Below are positions 26,255-37,435 of a stretch of DNA of 64,000 nt, piece by piece. Below the pieces are notes generated by a model. It did not search any database. It saw nothing but the letters and a program-made list of their open reading frames with translations, and was not told the origin of the DNA. Position 1 is the stretch's first letter, and the number at the start of each line of letters is the position of its first letter. Origin of the DNA: Camelus ferus. Its lineage: Eukaryota. Where the stretch lies: assembly GCF_009834535.1 (NCBI RefSeq), contig NC_045697.1, positions 105,650,001-105,714,000 of the forward strand. The letters are read 5' to 3'. Both the position numbers and the translations under genes were made by a program.

Positions 26255-26700
26255 GTAATTTATGTACAAGGATGTTTACTGCAGCATTATTTGTGACGGT
26301 GAAAAATTGAAAACAGACAAAATGTTTATCAACCAGAGCATGGTTAAATAAATGACGACACATCCATAAGATGGAATACTAGGCAGACTTTGAAATAAAT
26401 GAGGAAGATTTGTATGTAGTTGTATAAAAAATGTTCTATAATGTTGGGTGGATGAAAGCAAATTTAAGTATGTTATGTATAGTATGATTCATTCTTTTGT
26501 ATATCAGTGTATATATATATGTATATATGTGCAAACCTAAAAGGTCTACAACTTTTGTAATTAAACTATTAATAGTGATTATCCTGGAGCAGTGGGGCTG
26601 GGGCATGGAAGGAGTAAAACTTTCACTTTTATTTAATACACTTCTATGATGTTTGAATAATTCACACTGAGCACAAAATCTTATGATAATTAAGAAATAT
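26255..26700 (+). mobile_element. Old L1ME-type 3' end
   Basis: GGATGTTTACTGCAGCATTATTTGTGA...ATGGTTAAATAAATG...ATGGAATACTAGGCAG...GTATAGTATGATTC. Confidence 0.8.
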
Positions 26701-27234
26701 AAAACTTATCAAGTTAAAGCCAAGTTTTTACTTTATCTGCATTAATTATGTCACTTATTGATTTTTTTTAAAATAAAAAATGAGAAAATATTTCACATCT
26801 ATCCCTCCTCCCATCCATAATCCTGAAATCTGATGATAAAAATTAATGTAACGGCCCTGGAACCATAGATTCAATTTGATACTAATTTATACTTTAATAT
26901 ACAAGATTAAAATAGTAACTAAATAATTTAATAACTGATGTTATCAATTTGTATCGCATAAAACTTTTTTTAAAGAAAGATAAGGAGAAAATCTTTTCTT
27001 ACACTGTATTTAAGGTTTAAAGGGATATTTGTTTGAAGGGAAATAGCTCAGAAACCCATTGTATAACAAAGAACTCTGGGTACAAGAAGTAAATTGAGTA
27101 TTGGAATAGGGTATGGAAAACCTAGCATATCATTATCAGGCTTCCAAATGTTTTTTGTTGTTGTTTTAATAAGCGTAATCGTGGATTGCCTAAGGACAAA
27201 GACACAGACTATTTTAACTGTGTATGTATGTGTT

Positions 27235-27354
27235 AAGGGAAAGAAAGAGGAAGGAGAGAGGAGGAAGGAGAGAGGAGGAAGAAGAGAGAAGGAGGAGGAA
27301 GCAGAGAGAAGTGGGGTGGGGGGAGAGAGAGAGAGAGAGAGAAATAGGGAGAGA
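27235..27354. repeat. GA-rich polypurine tract
   Basis: Degenerate GGA/GA repeats ending in (GA)n. Confidence 0.9.
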
Positions 27355-28271
27355 TATTGATAAGGGATTGTCCTTACCTCTCTGAGTTAACTCCTCCTTG
27401 CTTGTGGGCCCTGTATTCTGCTATAAAGTTAGAGAAGGTTAAACTCTGAGAAAACCTAAAACATGGAAAGTTATTTTTTAAAAATTATCAAAAAATAAGA
27501 GCCTGAGATTCCAGTTTCTAATCTAGCACATGAAAAGCTTGGGAGTTGCCACTTTATCCTAATAACCAGTAAAAAGCTGAACAAACTGAAAAACCAACTC
27601 TTCTTAAATCCATAAAAGAAATGAGGTTACAGAGCAAACTGCTGCCCCCAAATTGGAGAGACCGGCAGGCAAATACAGAAAGTCACACCTTGCTAGAACA
27701 GAAACTCACCACATGAAACCTCCTTAAGAACCAGAGCCTGGGGTGGGCAAACCTGAACTGTAATTGATGAAGAGCTGGAGGCTTAGTGTTGGCGAGACTG
27801 AGAGGTAAAAATTCCACGGGGACCCAGTCATGGGCTGGGGGAGCCCCACACTTTTGTGAGTTCTACCTCCTGGAGCCCTACCAGGTTCTCAGAGTAACTA
27901 TGGGAGAAAAATCCCCTTGTGATTCTGGCAGAGGGCATGGAAAAGGAAGCATTTTGAAATATGCTGGAGATTTCTGTTCTTAATAAGGTCTGCCATTAGG
28001 AGAAACTAGTTAATGAGAGCCTAACCAGCTGGGATTTTATCAGCACCTAAACTGACCCGAGGGAAAGGAGATACTGACTCCAGTACCTTCTAGCCTTCCA
28101 TGTGGGAGAAGGGAAATATCCAACCGTGCCCAACTCTAGCCATCTTTTCCCACCTAAGGAAAGCTGAAAAGCGCATGTGAACTGCACAGTCCAGAAGAAC
28201 AGGCTCACTTAAAGCCTGAGACCTAATCACAGGGGGACAAAACCCTTCCCCTCTACCTTACTGCCACTTTA

Positions 28272-28592
28272 TAGTCATCCCTAAGTATCTGAGGCAGATT
28301 GGCTCCAGGACCCTCCACAAACACCAAAATCCTCAGATGCCTCAAATCTCTTACATAAAATGGTGTGGTTTTTGCATTTAATATACACACATCTGTACAT
28401 ACTCTTGTATACTTTAAATCATCTCTAGATTACTTATAATATTTAATGCAATATAAATGTTATATAAATAGTTGCCAGCGCATGACAAATTTAAGTTTTG
28501 CTTTTTAGAACTTTCTGGAATTAAAAAAACATGTCAATATGCAATTGATTGCATCTGTGGATTTGAAACCTGTAGCTACAGAGGGCTGACTG
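28272..28592 (+). mobile_element. MER2/MER2B-type Tigger MITE nested in the L1 5' region
   Basis: Degenerate TIRs TAGTCATCCCT...AGGGCTGACTG after a TA; core TATACTTTAAATCATCTCTAGATTACTTATAAT. Confidence 0.9.
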
Positions 28593-31500
28593 TGCTAAAG
28601 ACCTATTTATAACAGTTGCTTTTACCCAACACATCATGCCCAGATATCAAGAAAAAATTACAAGATACACTAAAAGGCAAAAAGACACAGTTGAAAGAGT
28701 AAGAGCAAACATCAGAACCAGACACAGATATGGCAGTGATGCTGGGATTACCAGACCACAAATTTAAAATGTTTATGGTAAATATGCTAAGGGCCCTAAT
28801 GGATAAATTAAGCAGAATTCAAGAACAGATGGGCAATGTAAGCAGAAAGGTGGAAATTCTAAGAAAAAAAAAATGCTAGAGATCAAAACCACCATAACAA
28901 AAATGAAGAATGCCTTTAATGGGCTTATTAGCAGGCTGGACACAGCTGAGGAAAGACTCTCTAATCTTGAGAATATCTCAATAGAAACCTTTAAAAATAA
29001 AAAGCAAAGAGAATAAACACTGGGGGAAAAATCAGAATGTCCAAAGACTGCAAGACATTTACAAAAGTTGTGACATATTTGTAAGAGGAATACCAGAAGG
29101 AGAAGAAAGAAAGAAAGAAAGAGACAGAAGAAATATTTGAAAAAATAATGAGTGAGAATTTCCCCAAATTAATGTCAGACACTGACCCACAGATTCAGGA
29201 AACTCAGAGAATGACAAGCGGCATAAATGCAAAGAAAATTATACCTAGGAATATCATTTTCAAATGGTGGAAGAGCAAAGATAAAGAAAAAAATCCTGAA
29301 AGAATCTAGAGAGAGTGGAAATCTTACTTACAGAGGAACAAAGATAAGAGTTACATCTGACTTTTCTTCAGAAACCATGTAAGAAGAGAGTGGAGTGAAA
29401 TATTCGGTGTTGAGAGAAAAAACCCCACTAATCTAGAATTCTAAACCCTCTGAAATTATCCTTCAAAAATATAGGAGAAATACTTTGTCAGACCAACAAA
29501 AATAGAGGTAATTTACAGTCTGTGGACCTAACTTGTAAGAAATGTCAACAGATTCTTTATACAGAAGAAAAATGATATGGGTTAGAAACTCAAATTTACA
29601 GAAAGAAAGGAAGATCATTGGAGAAGGAGTAAGTGAGAGTAAAATCGAAACTTTTGCTTTTCTCATTCTTGATTGATCTACAGATAATAGGTTGTTCAGA
29701 ATAATAACAGCAACACTGTATTTGAGTATGTATACTTATATGTATATATACACTTATGTATAAGTGAAATGAATAAATGGTAACAATGATACAAGAGACA
29801 GGAGGAATTGCTTTCTTATAAGGTACTTGCATTGCCTGTGAAGTGGTATAGTGTTATTTGATAGCAGACTTGGATTAGTTGTTAATGTATATTACAAACT
29901 CTAGGGCAACCACTAAAAAAAGAAGCATAATTAATATGCTAAAAAGGAGAGAAAATGGAATCATATAAAATGCTCAATCAAAACCACAATGGGCAAATAA
30001 GAATGGAAGACAAAAATAGAAACAAAAGGACAAAGGCAACAAATATAAAACCAGTAACAAATATGGTAGATATTCTTCCAACTCTATCAATAATTACTTC
30101 GAACATCAGTGGTCTCAATGCACCAATTAGAAGACAGTGATTATCAGAGAGGATCAAAAAGCCAGACCTGATTATATATTGTTTACAAGAAATCCACTTT
30201 AAATATAAAGACACATATATTAAAAGTAAATAGGTGGAGAAGGATACATTATGCTATCACTAATCCAAGGAAAGCAGGAGTAGCTATATTAACTTTAGAC
30301 CAAGCTGACTTTAGAATAAAGAAAGTTATCAGGAATAAAGAGGGATATTACATAATGGTAACAGGGTCAATTCTCCAAGAGGACATAGTAATCGTTAATG
30401 TGAATGTTCCTAACAATAGAGCATCAAACCATAGGAGGCAAAAACTGATAGAGCTGCAAGTTGAAATAGATAAATTCACTATTACAGTTGGAGACTTCAA
30501 TATCCCTCTATTAGAAATGGACCAATTCAGCAAGCAGAAAATCAGTAAGCACATAGTTAAGCTGAGGACACTATCAATTAGCTAGCTATAATTGACATTT
30601 ATAGACTATTTCATCCAATAACATCAGAATACACATTTTTTTCCCTCAAACTTACATGAAATATTAACCAAGATAGACCACATTTGGGGCCATAAGACAC
30701 ACCTTAGCAAATTTAAGAGACTAGCAATTGTAGAATCCATGCTCTCAGACCACAATGGAATTAAACTAGAAATTAATAACAGAAAAATAACTGGAAAACC
30801 CAAACATATGGGGAGATTAAACAGCACACTTATAAATAGGACAAGAAGAAATCTCAAGATGAAATAAAATATTTTAAACTGAATGAAAACACAATATCAA
30901 AATTTGTGGGATACAGCAAAAGCAGTGCTTGAGGAGATTTATAGCAGTGAATGCATATATTAGAAAGGAAGAAAAATCTGAAATCAATAATCAAAGTTTC
31001 CACCTTAAGGAACTAGAAAAAGAAGAGCAAATTAAATCCAAAGTAAGCAGAAGAAAAAAAATTGGAGCAGAAATCAGTATAGAAGAACAGGAAAACCAAA
31101 GGCTTTGAAAAGACTAACAAAATGGATAAGCCTCCTCAGTCAGCTTAAATAAGAAAAAAAAAAAGACGACACAAATTTGTAATGTCAGAAATGAAAGAGG
31201 GACATCACTACAGATTCCACAGGCAGTAAACGGATTGTAAAGTAATAGTATGAACAACTCTATGACCACAAATTTGGCAACTTAGGTGAAATGGGCCAAT
31301 TCCTGCAAAGATACAATCTGCCAAAGCTCACACAGGAGAGAGAGACAATCTGAATAAGCCTGTTTGCATTAAAGAATCTAATCAATAATTTATAACTTTC
31401 CGTAACAGAAAGCACCAGGCCCAGGTGGATTCACTGGTGAATTAAATCAAGTGTTTAAGGAAGAAATTGTACTATTTGTCTACATTTTCTTTCAGAAGAT

Positions 31501-32205
31501 AGAAGCTGAAGGAATACTTGTTAACTCATTCTATGAGGTCAGTATTACCCTAATACCAAAAACCAGACAAGGACACAAGAAAAGAAAACCACAGACCAAT
31601 GTCTTTCTTAAACATAGATGCAAAAATCCTCAACTAAATATTAGCAAATTTTCAACATTTGAAGGTCAATTAATGTAACTCATCACTTCAACAGACTAAA
31701 AAAGAAAAGTTTCATGATTATATCAAAAATGCAGAAAAAGCATGTGACAAAATCCAATACCCCATTCATGATAAAACCTTCTTACTAAACTAGAAATAGA
31801 GAGAAACTTTCTTAACTTGATGAAGATATCTATGAAAAAAACGACAGCCAACATGATACTTACTGGTGAGAAGCCTGAAGCTTTTCTACTAAGGTTAGGT
31901 AGAAGGCAAGGATGTCCTCTTTAACTACTGCTGGTCAATATCATACTGTGAGTCCTAGCTACAGTAACAAGAAAATAAAAGGAAATAAAATGTATACAAA
32001 TCGAGAAGGAAGAAATGGTACTTCGTTCACAGATGACATGATCATCTATATAGAAAATCTGAAAGAATCAACAAAAGAATTATGGAACTGAAGAGTGATT
32101 ATATCAAGATTGCAGGATACAAAGTTAATATATAAAAATCAATCACTTTTCTATACAACAACAATGAACAAATGAAATTTGAAATTAAAAACTCAATACT
32201 ATTTA

Positions 32206-32307
32206 TTAATTTATTTATTACATTTTTTATTGAGTTACAGTCATTTTATAATGTTGTGTCAAATTCCAGTGTAGAGCAGAATTTTTCAGTTATACATGAA
32301 CATACAT
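32206..32307 (-). mobile_element. Very short young L1 3' end with perfect 16-bp TSD, nested in old L1 ORF2
   Basis: AACTCAATACTATTTA at 32190-32205 and 32308-32323; the insert is the reverse complement of the L1 ends at about 35390-35470 and 37250-37335. Confidence 0.93.
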
Positions 32308-34544
32308 AACTCAATACTATTTAAATTAGCATCCTCCCAAGAATGTAATGCTTAGTTATAAATCTAACAACATATGTACATGAACCGTATGAGGAAAACT
32401 CTGAAGAAAAATATCAAAGAAGAAATAAATAAATGGAGCGCTAGCCCATGTACATGGATATGAAGACTCAATATTGTCAAGATGTCAGTTTTTCCCAATT
32501 TCATCTATAGGTTTGTTGCAATCACAGTCAAAATCCCAGCAAGTTATTTTGTGAATATCTGCAAATGGATTCTAAAGTTTATATGGAAAGACAGAAGTCC
32601 CAGTATAGGCAACACAATATTGAAGGAGAGGAACAAAATTGGAGGACTGACACTATCAGACTTCAGACTTCTATAAAACTACAGTAATCAAGACAGTATG
32701 TTACTGGCAAAAGAATATATAAATAGAGCAATTGAATAGGACAGAGCCCAGAAATAGACCATTTAATACATTTCTCTGGTCTTTGACAAAGAGGCAAAGA
32801 TAATACAAAGGAGCAAAGAGAATACAATGAGGCAGAGATAAAATTTTCAACAAATGGTGCTGGAACTTCTGGATATTCACATGCAAATAAATGAATCTTA
32901 GCATTGACTGTATACCCTTCACAAATAATTAACTCAAAATGGTCTACAGATCTAAATGTAAAACACAAAACTATAAAACTACTAGAAGATAACCTAGGAG
33001 GAAAGCTAGATGACTTTGGGTGTGATGATGACATTTAGATCCAACACCAAAGGCATGATCTATGAAAGAAATCATTGATATGCTGAACTTCATTAAAATC
33101 AAAAACAGCTGCTCTGCAAAAGACAATGTCAAGAGAATAAGACAAGCCATATACTAGGAGCAAACATTTGCAAAAAGGCATCTGATAAAGGACTTATCCA
33201 AATATACAAAGAATCCTTAAAACTCATCAATAAGAAAACAACACAATTTAAATAGGATCCAAAGACCTTATCAGAAATATCACCAAAGAAGATAGGTAGA
33301 TGGCCAAATAAGTACATAAAAATATGCTCCACGCTGTATGTTATCAGGGAAATGAAAATCAAAACAGTGAAATACCATTGTACACCTATTTAAAGAGCCA
33401 AAATCCAGAGTGCTGACATCAAGTGCTGGTAAGGATGTGGAGCAGCAGAAACTGTCATTCATGGCTGGTGGGAATGCAAAATGGTATGTCCACTTTGGAA
33501 GATAGTTTGGCAATTTCTTACAAAACCAAACATACTCTTACCATGATATTCATCAATCACACTCCTTGATATTTACTCAAAGGATTTGAAAACTTGTATC
33601 TTCACAAAAACCTGCACACAGGTGTTTATAGCAGTTTTATTCATAACTGCCAAATCTTGGAAGCAACCAAGATGTCCTTCTGTAGGTGAATGGATTGATA
33701 CACTGGTACATCAAGACAACAGAATATTATTCAGCACTGAAAAGAAATGAGCTATCAAGCCATGAAAAGACATGGAGAAACCTTACATGTATATTACTAA
33801 GTGAAAGAAGCCAATCTGAAAAGGTATGTATACTGTAGGATTCTAAATGTATGACATTTTGGAAAAGGAGTAACTATGGAGACAATAAAATGATCAGTAG
33901 TTGCTAGAGGTTGGGAGTGGAGGTGGAGAAATAAATAGGTAGAGCAGAGAGGATTTTTAGGGCAGTAAAACTAGTCCGAATGATACTGTATTGGTGGATA
34001 CATGTCATTACACATTTGTCAAAACCCATAGACTGCACAACATCAAGAGAGAACTATAATGTAAACTATGGACTTTAAGTAATAATGATGTGTCATGTAG
34101 GTTCATCAGCTGTAACAGCTGTATCACTCCAATGGGGGATATTGTTAATAAGAGGCTTTGCATACATGGGAGCCAAGGTATATGGGAAATCTCTGTACCT
34201 TCTGCTCAAATTAACTGTGAATTTAAACCTGCTCTAAAAAGTAAGGCCTATTTTTAAAAGTATAAACCTTGAGTAAAATAGGAAAATTATTTAGTCATTT
34301 ATTTTTAACTGAGGGAAAGATAATGGGAAAGCATCATCAATTATACAGCCTCAAAGAATGAGAGTGACGAAAGGGAGCTTTCAGGTCTTCTAATTTAAAC
34401 TTCCATCCTTTAAAAAGTGCTTCTGTAATATTTTTGATCATTACATTTCTGTTTAAGCATTTCTTGCAGTAGGGAGTTCATGCTTTCATTTTTTAGACAG
34501 AATGTTTCAGAATATGAACTTGTCCTAGAGACAAAAAAATAATG

Positions 34545-34700
34545 CTTACTCTAATCTCCAACATCAGCTAGTAGGATGAATTCTGGAAAGTTATTTTAAC
34601 TTTCCAGGCCTCATATTCTTCATCTGTATGATGAGGCAGTTAGTTCAGAGATCCACCAGTGTCCTACAGTATCTTTAAAGAGCTATTTGAACTCCCATTC
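34545..34700 (+). mobile_element. MIR-family fragment
   Basis: GGAAAGTTATTTTAACTTTCCAGGCCTCATATTCTTCATCTGTATGATGAGG. Confidence 0.65.
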
Positions 34701-34724
34701 TGTGGATTTCCTTTGGGGTAAGGA

Positions 34725-34978
34725 TGTGATGTAGCAGAGTTAGCATGGGTTTTGGAGTGAGTGAACCTGGGTGTGAATATTGACCAATATTTTCTGGGTG
34801 GATGACCTTGGACAGATCACCTGATCTCTCAGTCTAATTTCCCATATTCTTAAATTAGAGATAACAGTACCTACCTTGGAGAATTATTCTGGGTGCTTAT
34901 TGAAATAATGCTCTTAAAACACTTGACATCGTAGTAGGCATGTAATAGGTGCTCAACACATGTTAATTCCCTCTTCCC
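34725..34978 (+). mobile_element. MIR SINE, near full length
   Basis: TTTTGGAGTGAGTGAACCTGGGTGTGAAT...ATGACCTTGGACAGATCACCT...AGTACCTACCT...TAGGTGCTCAACACATGTTA. Confidence 0.85.
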
Positions 34979-35063
34979 TTCTCTCTGTTTAAGATAGGAA
35001 ATATGTGGATTAAAATGAAGCAATAGTCAATATTTAGATATAGGACAATTTTTAAAAAATATA

Positions 35064-35480
35064 ACATGGATGCACCTGGAGAATGTCATTCTAAGTGAAG
35101 TAAGCCAGAAAGAGAAAGAAAAATACCATATGAGATCACTCATATCTGGAATCTAAAAAACAACAAAAAACAAAAACAACAAAAACAAAGCATAAATACA
35201 AAACAGAAATAGACTCATAGACATAGAATACAAACTTGTGGTTGCCGAGGGGGGCAGAGGGTGGGAAGGGACAGACTGGGATTTCAAAATTGTAGAATAG
35301 ATAAACAAGATTATACTGTATAGCATAGGGAAATACACACAAGATCTTATGGTAGCTCAGAGAGAAAAAAATGTCTCAATGAATATATATATGTTCATGT
35401 ATGACTGAAAAATTGTGCTCTACAGTGGAATTTGACACAACATTGTAAAATGATTATAAATCAATAAACAATTTTTAAAA
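35064..35480 (+). mobile_element. Young lineage-specific L1 3' end
   Basis: ATGGATGCACCTGGAGAATGTCATTCTAAGTGAAGTAAGCCAG (ORF2 end) plus a 3' UTR closely matching about 36920-37335. Confidence 0.95.
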
Positions 35481-35754
35481 ATATAGATTTGATGATTGGT
35501 ATTGACTGGGTAAAACTTGTTCATAATTGTCTGGATAATTGTGCTTGAATCCAAGAAGACTAGCTTATGTTGGAAATTTATTGTTCATTTCTAATTTACC
35601 ATTACTTCAATATAGAATGTTAAAAAATAACGTCATGCAAAAACATATTTAGCACTTACTAGTAATGTACTGTAATTGTAATGTAAAGTCTTTCCCATGG
35701 TCTATTCAAATTATCCTTCTCTATGAACCTGTTTTTCAAAACAGCCCTGGAGGA

Positions 35755-36770
35755 TACAAGCCCAGGAGTGGGATTCCTGGGTCATATGGTAAGTCTATTC
35801 CTAGTCTTTTGAGGAATCTCCACACTGTTTTCCATAGTGGCTGCACCAAACTGCATTCCCACCAGCAGTGTAGGAGGGTTCCCCTTTCTCCACAGCCTCT
35901 CCAGCATTTGTCATTTGTGGATTTTTGAATGATGGCCATTCTGACTGGTGTGATGTGATACCTCATTGTGGCTTTGATTTGCATTTCTCTGATATTGAGC
36001 ATTTTTTCATGTGCCTTTTGATCATTTGTATGTCTTCCTTGGAGAATTGCTTGTTTAGGTCTTCTGCCCATTTTTGGATTGGGTTGTTTATTTTTTTCTT
36101 ATTGAGTCGTATGAGCTGCTTTTATATTCTGGAAATCAAGCCTTTGTCGGTTTCATTTGCAAAAATTTTCTCCCATTCTGTATGTTATCTTCTTGTTTTA
36201 CTTCTGGTTTCCTTTGCTGTGCAGAAGCTTGTAAGTTTCATTAGGTCCCATTTGTTTATTCTTGCTTTTATTTCTTCTAGGAGAACATTTTTGAAATGCA
36301 TGTCAGATAATGTTTTGCCTATGTTTTCCTCTAGGAGGTTTATTGTATCTTGTCTTATGTTTAAGTCTTTGATCCATTTTGAGTTGATTTTTGTATATGG
36401 TGTAAGGGAGTGTTCTAGCTTCATTGTTTTACATGCTGCTGTCCAGTTTTCCCAGCACCATTTGCTGAAGAGACTGTCTTTATTCCATTGTATATTCTTG
36501 CCTCCTTTGTCAAAGATGAGTTGACCAAAATCTTGTGGGTTCATTTCTGGGCTCTCTATTCTGTTCCATTAGTCTATATATCTGTTTTGGTACCAATACC
36601 ATGCTGTCTTGATGACTGTAGCTGTATAGTACTGTCTGAAGTCTGGGAGAATTATTCCTCCTGCCTCTTTCTTTCTCTTCAGTAATGCTTTGGCAATTCC
36701 AGGTCTTTGATGGTTCCATACAAATTTTATTATGATTTGTTCTAGTTCTGTGAAATATGTCCTGGGTAAT
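35755..36770 (-). mobile_element. Inverted 5' segment of a twin-primed young L1 (ORF2 fragment)
   Basis: Minus-strand ORFs [27 protein letters not shown] and [18 protein letters not shown]...[12 protein letters not shown]. Confidence 0.95.
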
Positions 36771-37347
36771 TCATAGCAGCACTATTTACAATAGGCAAAA
36801 TGTGGAAACAGCCTAAATGTCCATCAACAGGTGACTGGATAAAGAAGATGTGGTATATTTATACAATGGAATACTACTCAGCAATAAAAACCGACAACAT
36901 AATGCCATTTGCAGCAACATGGATGCTCCTGGAGAATGTCATTCTAAGTGAAGTAAGCCAGAAAGAGAAAGAAAAATACCATATGAGATCGCTCATATGT
37001 GGAATCTAAAAAACAAAAACAAAAACAACCAACCAAACAAACAAAAACAAAGCATAAATACAGGACAGAAATAGACTCATAGACAGAGAATACAGACTTA
37101 TGGTTGCCGGGGGGGTGGAGGGTGGGAAGGGATAGACTGGGATTTCAAAATTGTAGAATAGATAAACAAGATTACACTGTATAGCACAGGGAAATATACA
37201 CAAAATGTTATGATAACTCACAGAGAAAAAAATGTGACAATGAGTGTATATGTCCATGAATGACTGAAAAATTGTGCTGAACACTGGAATTTGACACAAC
37301 ATTGTTAAATGATTATAAATCAATAAAAAATGTTTAAAAAAAAAAAA
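36771..37347 (+). mobile_element. Sense 3' segment of the twin-primed young L1 (ORF2 end, 3' UTR, poly-A)
   Basis: WKQPKCPSTGDWIKKMWYIYTMEYYSAIK...; AATAAA and A tail; TSD AAAACAG(C/T)CCTGGAGGA at 35738-35754 and 37344-37360. Confidence 0.95.
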
Positions 37348-37360
37348 CAGTCCTGGAGGA

Positions 37361-37435
37361 AAGGGACCCCAATTCACCTTGTACCCCCGGCACACAGCAC
37401 GGTACTAGGCATGTATTGGGATCATTAAATATTCT
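37361..37435 (+). mobile_element. L2 3' end (target of the inverted L1)
   Basis: AGGGACC...TTCACCTTGTACCCCCGGCACACAGCACGGTACTAGGCATGTA...TAAATATT. Confidence 0.6.

Larger units (their letters stand above)
27505..34259 (+). mobile_element. Near full-length decayed LINE-1 (L1MC1-type 3' end, L1MDa/MCa-type 5' end)
   Basis: 5' UTR AAAAAGCTGAACAAACTGAAAA...GCAAACTGC; ORF1 remnant about 28730-29650; ORF2 endonuclease start MVDILPTLSIITSNISGLNAPI near 30063, TVGDFNIPL, RT motif FTDDM near 32027, WKQPRCP C-terminus; L1MC1-type 3' UTR ATATGGGAAATCTCTGTACCTTC...CTGCTCTAAAAA. Many stops and frameshifts. Confidence 0.93.

Noticed and set aside
29955..33513. Many short ORFs with endonuclease and RT motifs as an active retroelement or novel RT system
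   Set aside because: Fragments of one decayed L1 ORF2 broken by stops, frameshifts and a nested insertion.
35925..36524. 199-aa hydrophobic plus-strand ORF
   Set aside because: Antisense frame of young L1 ORF2; not an independent gene.
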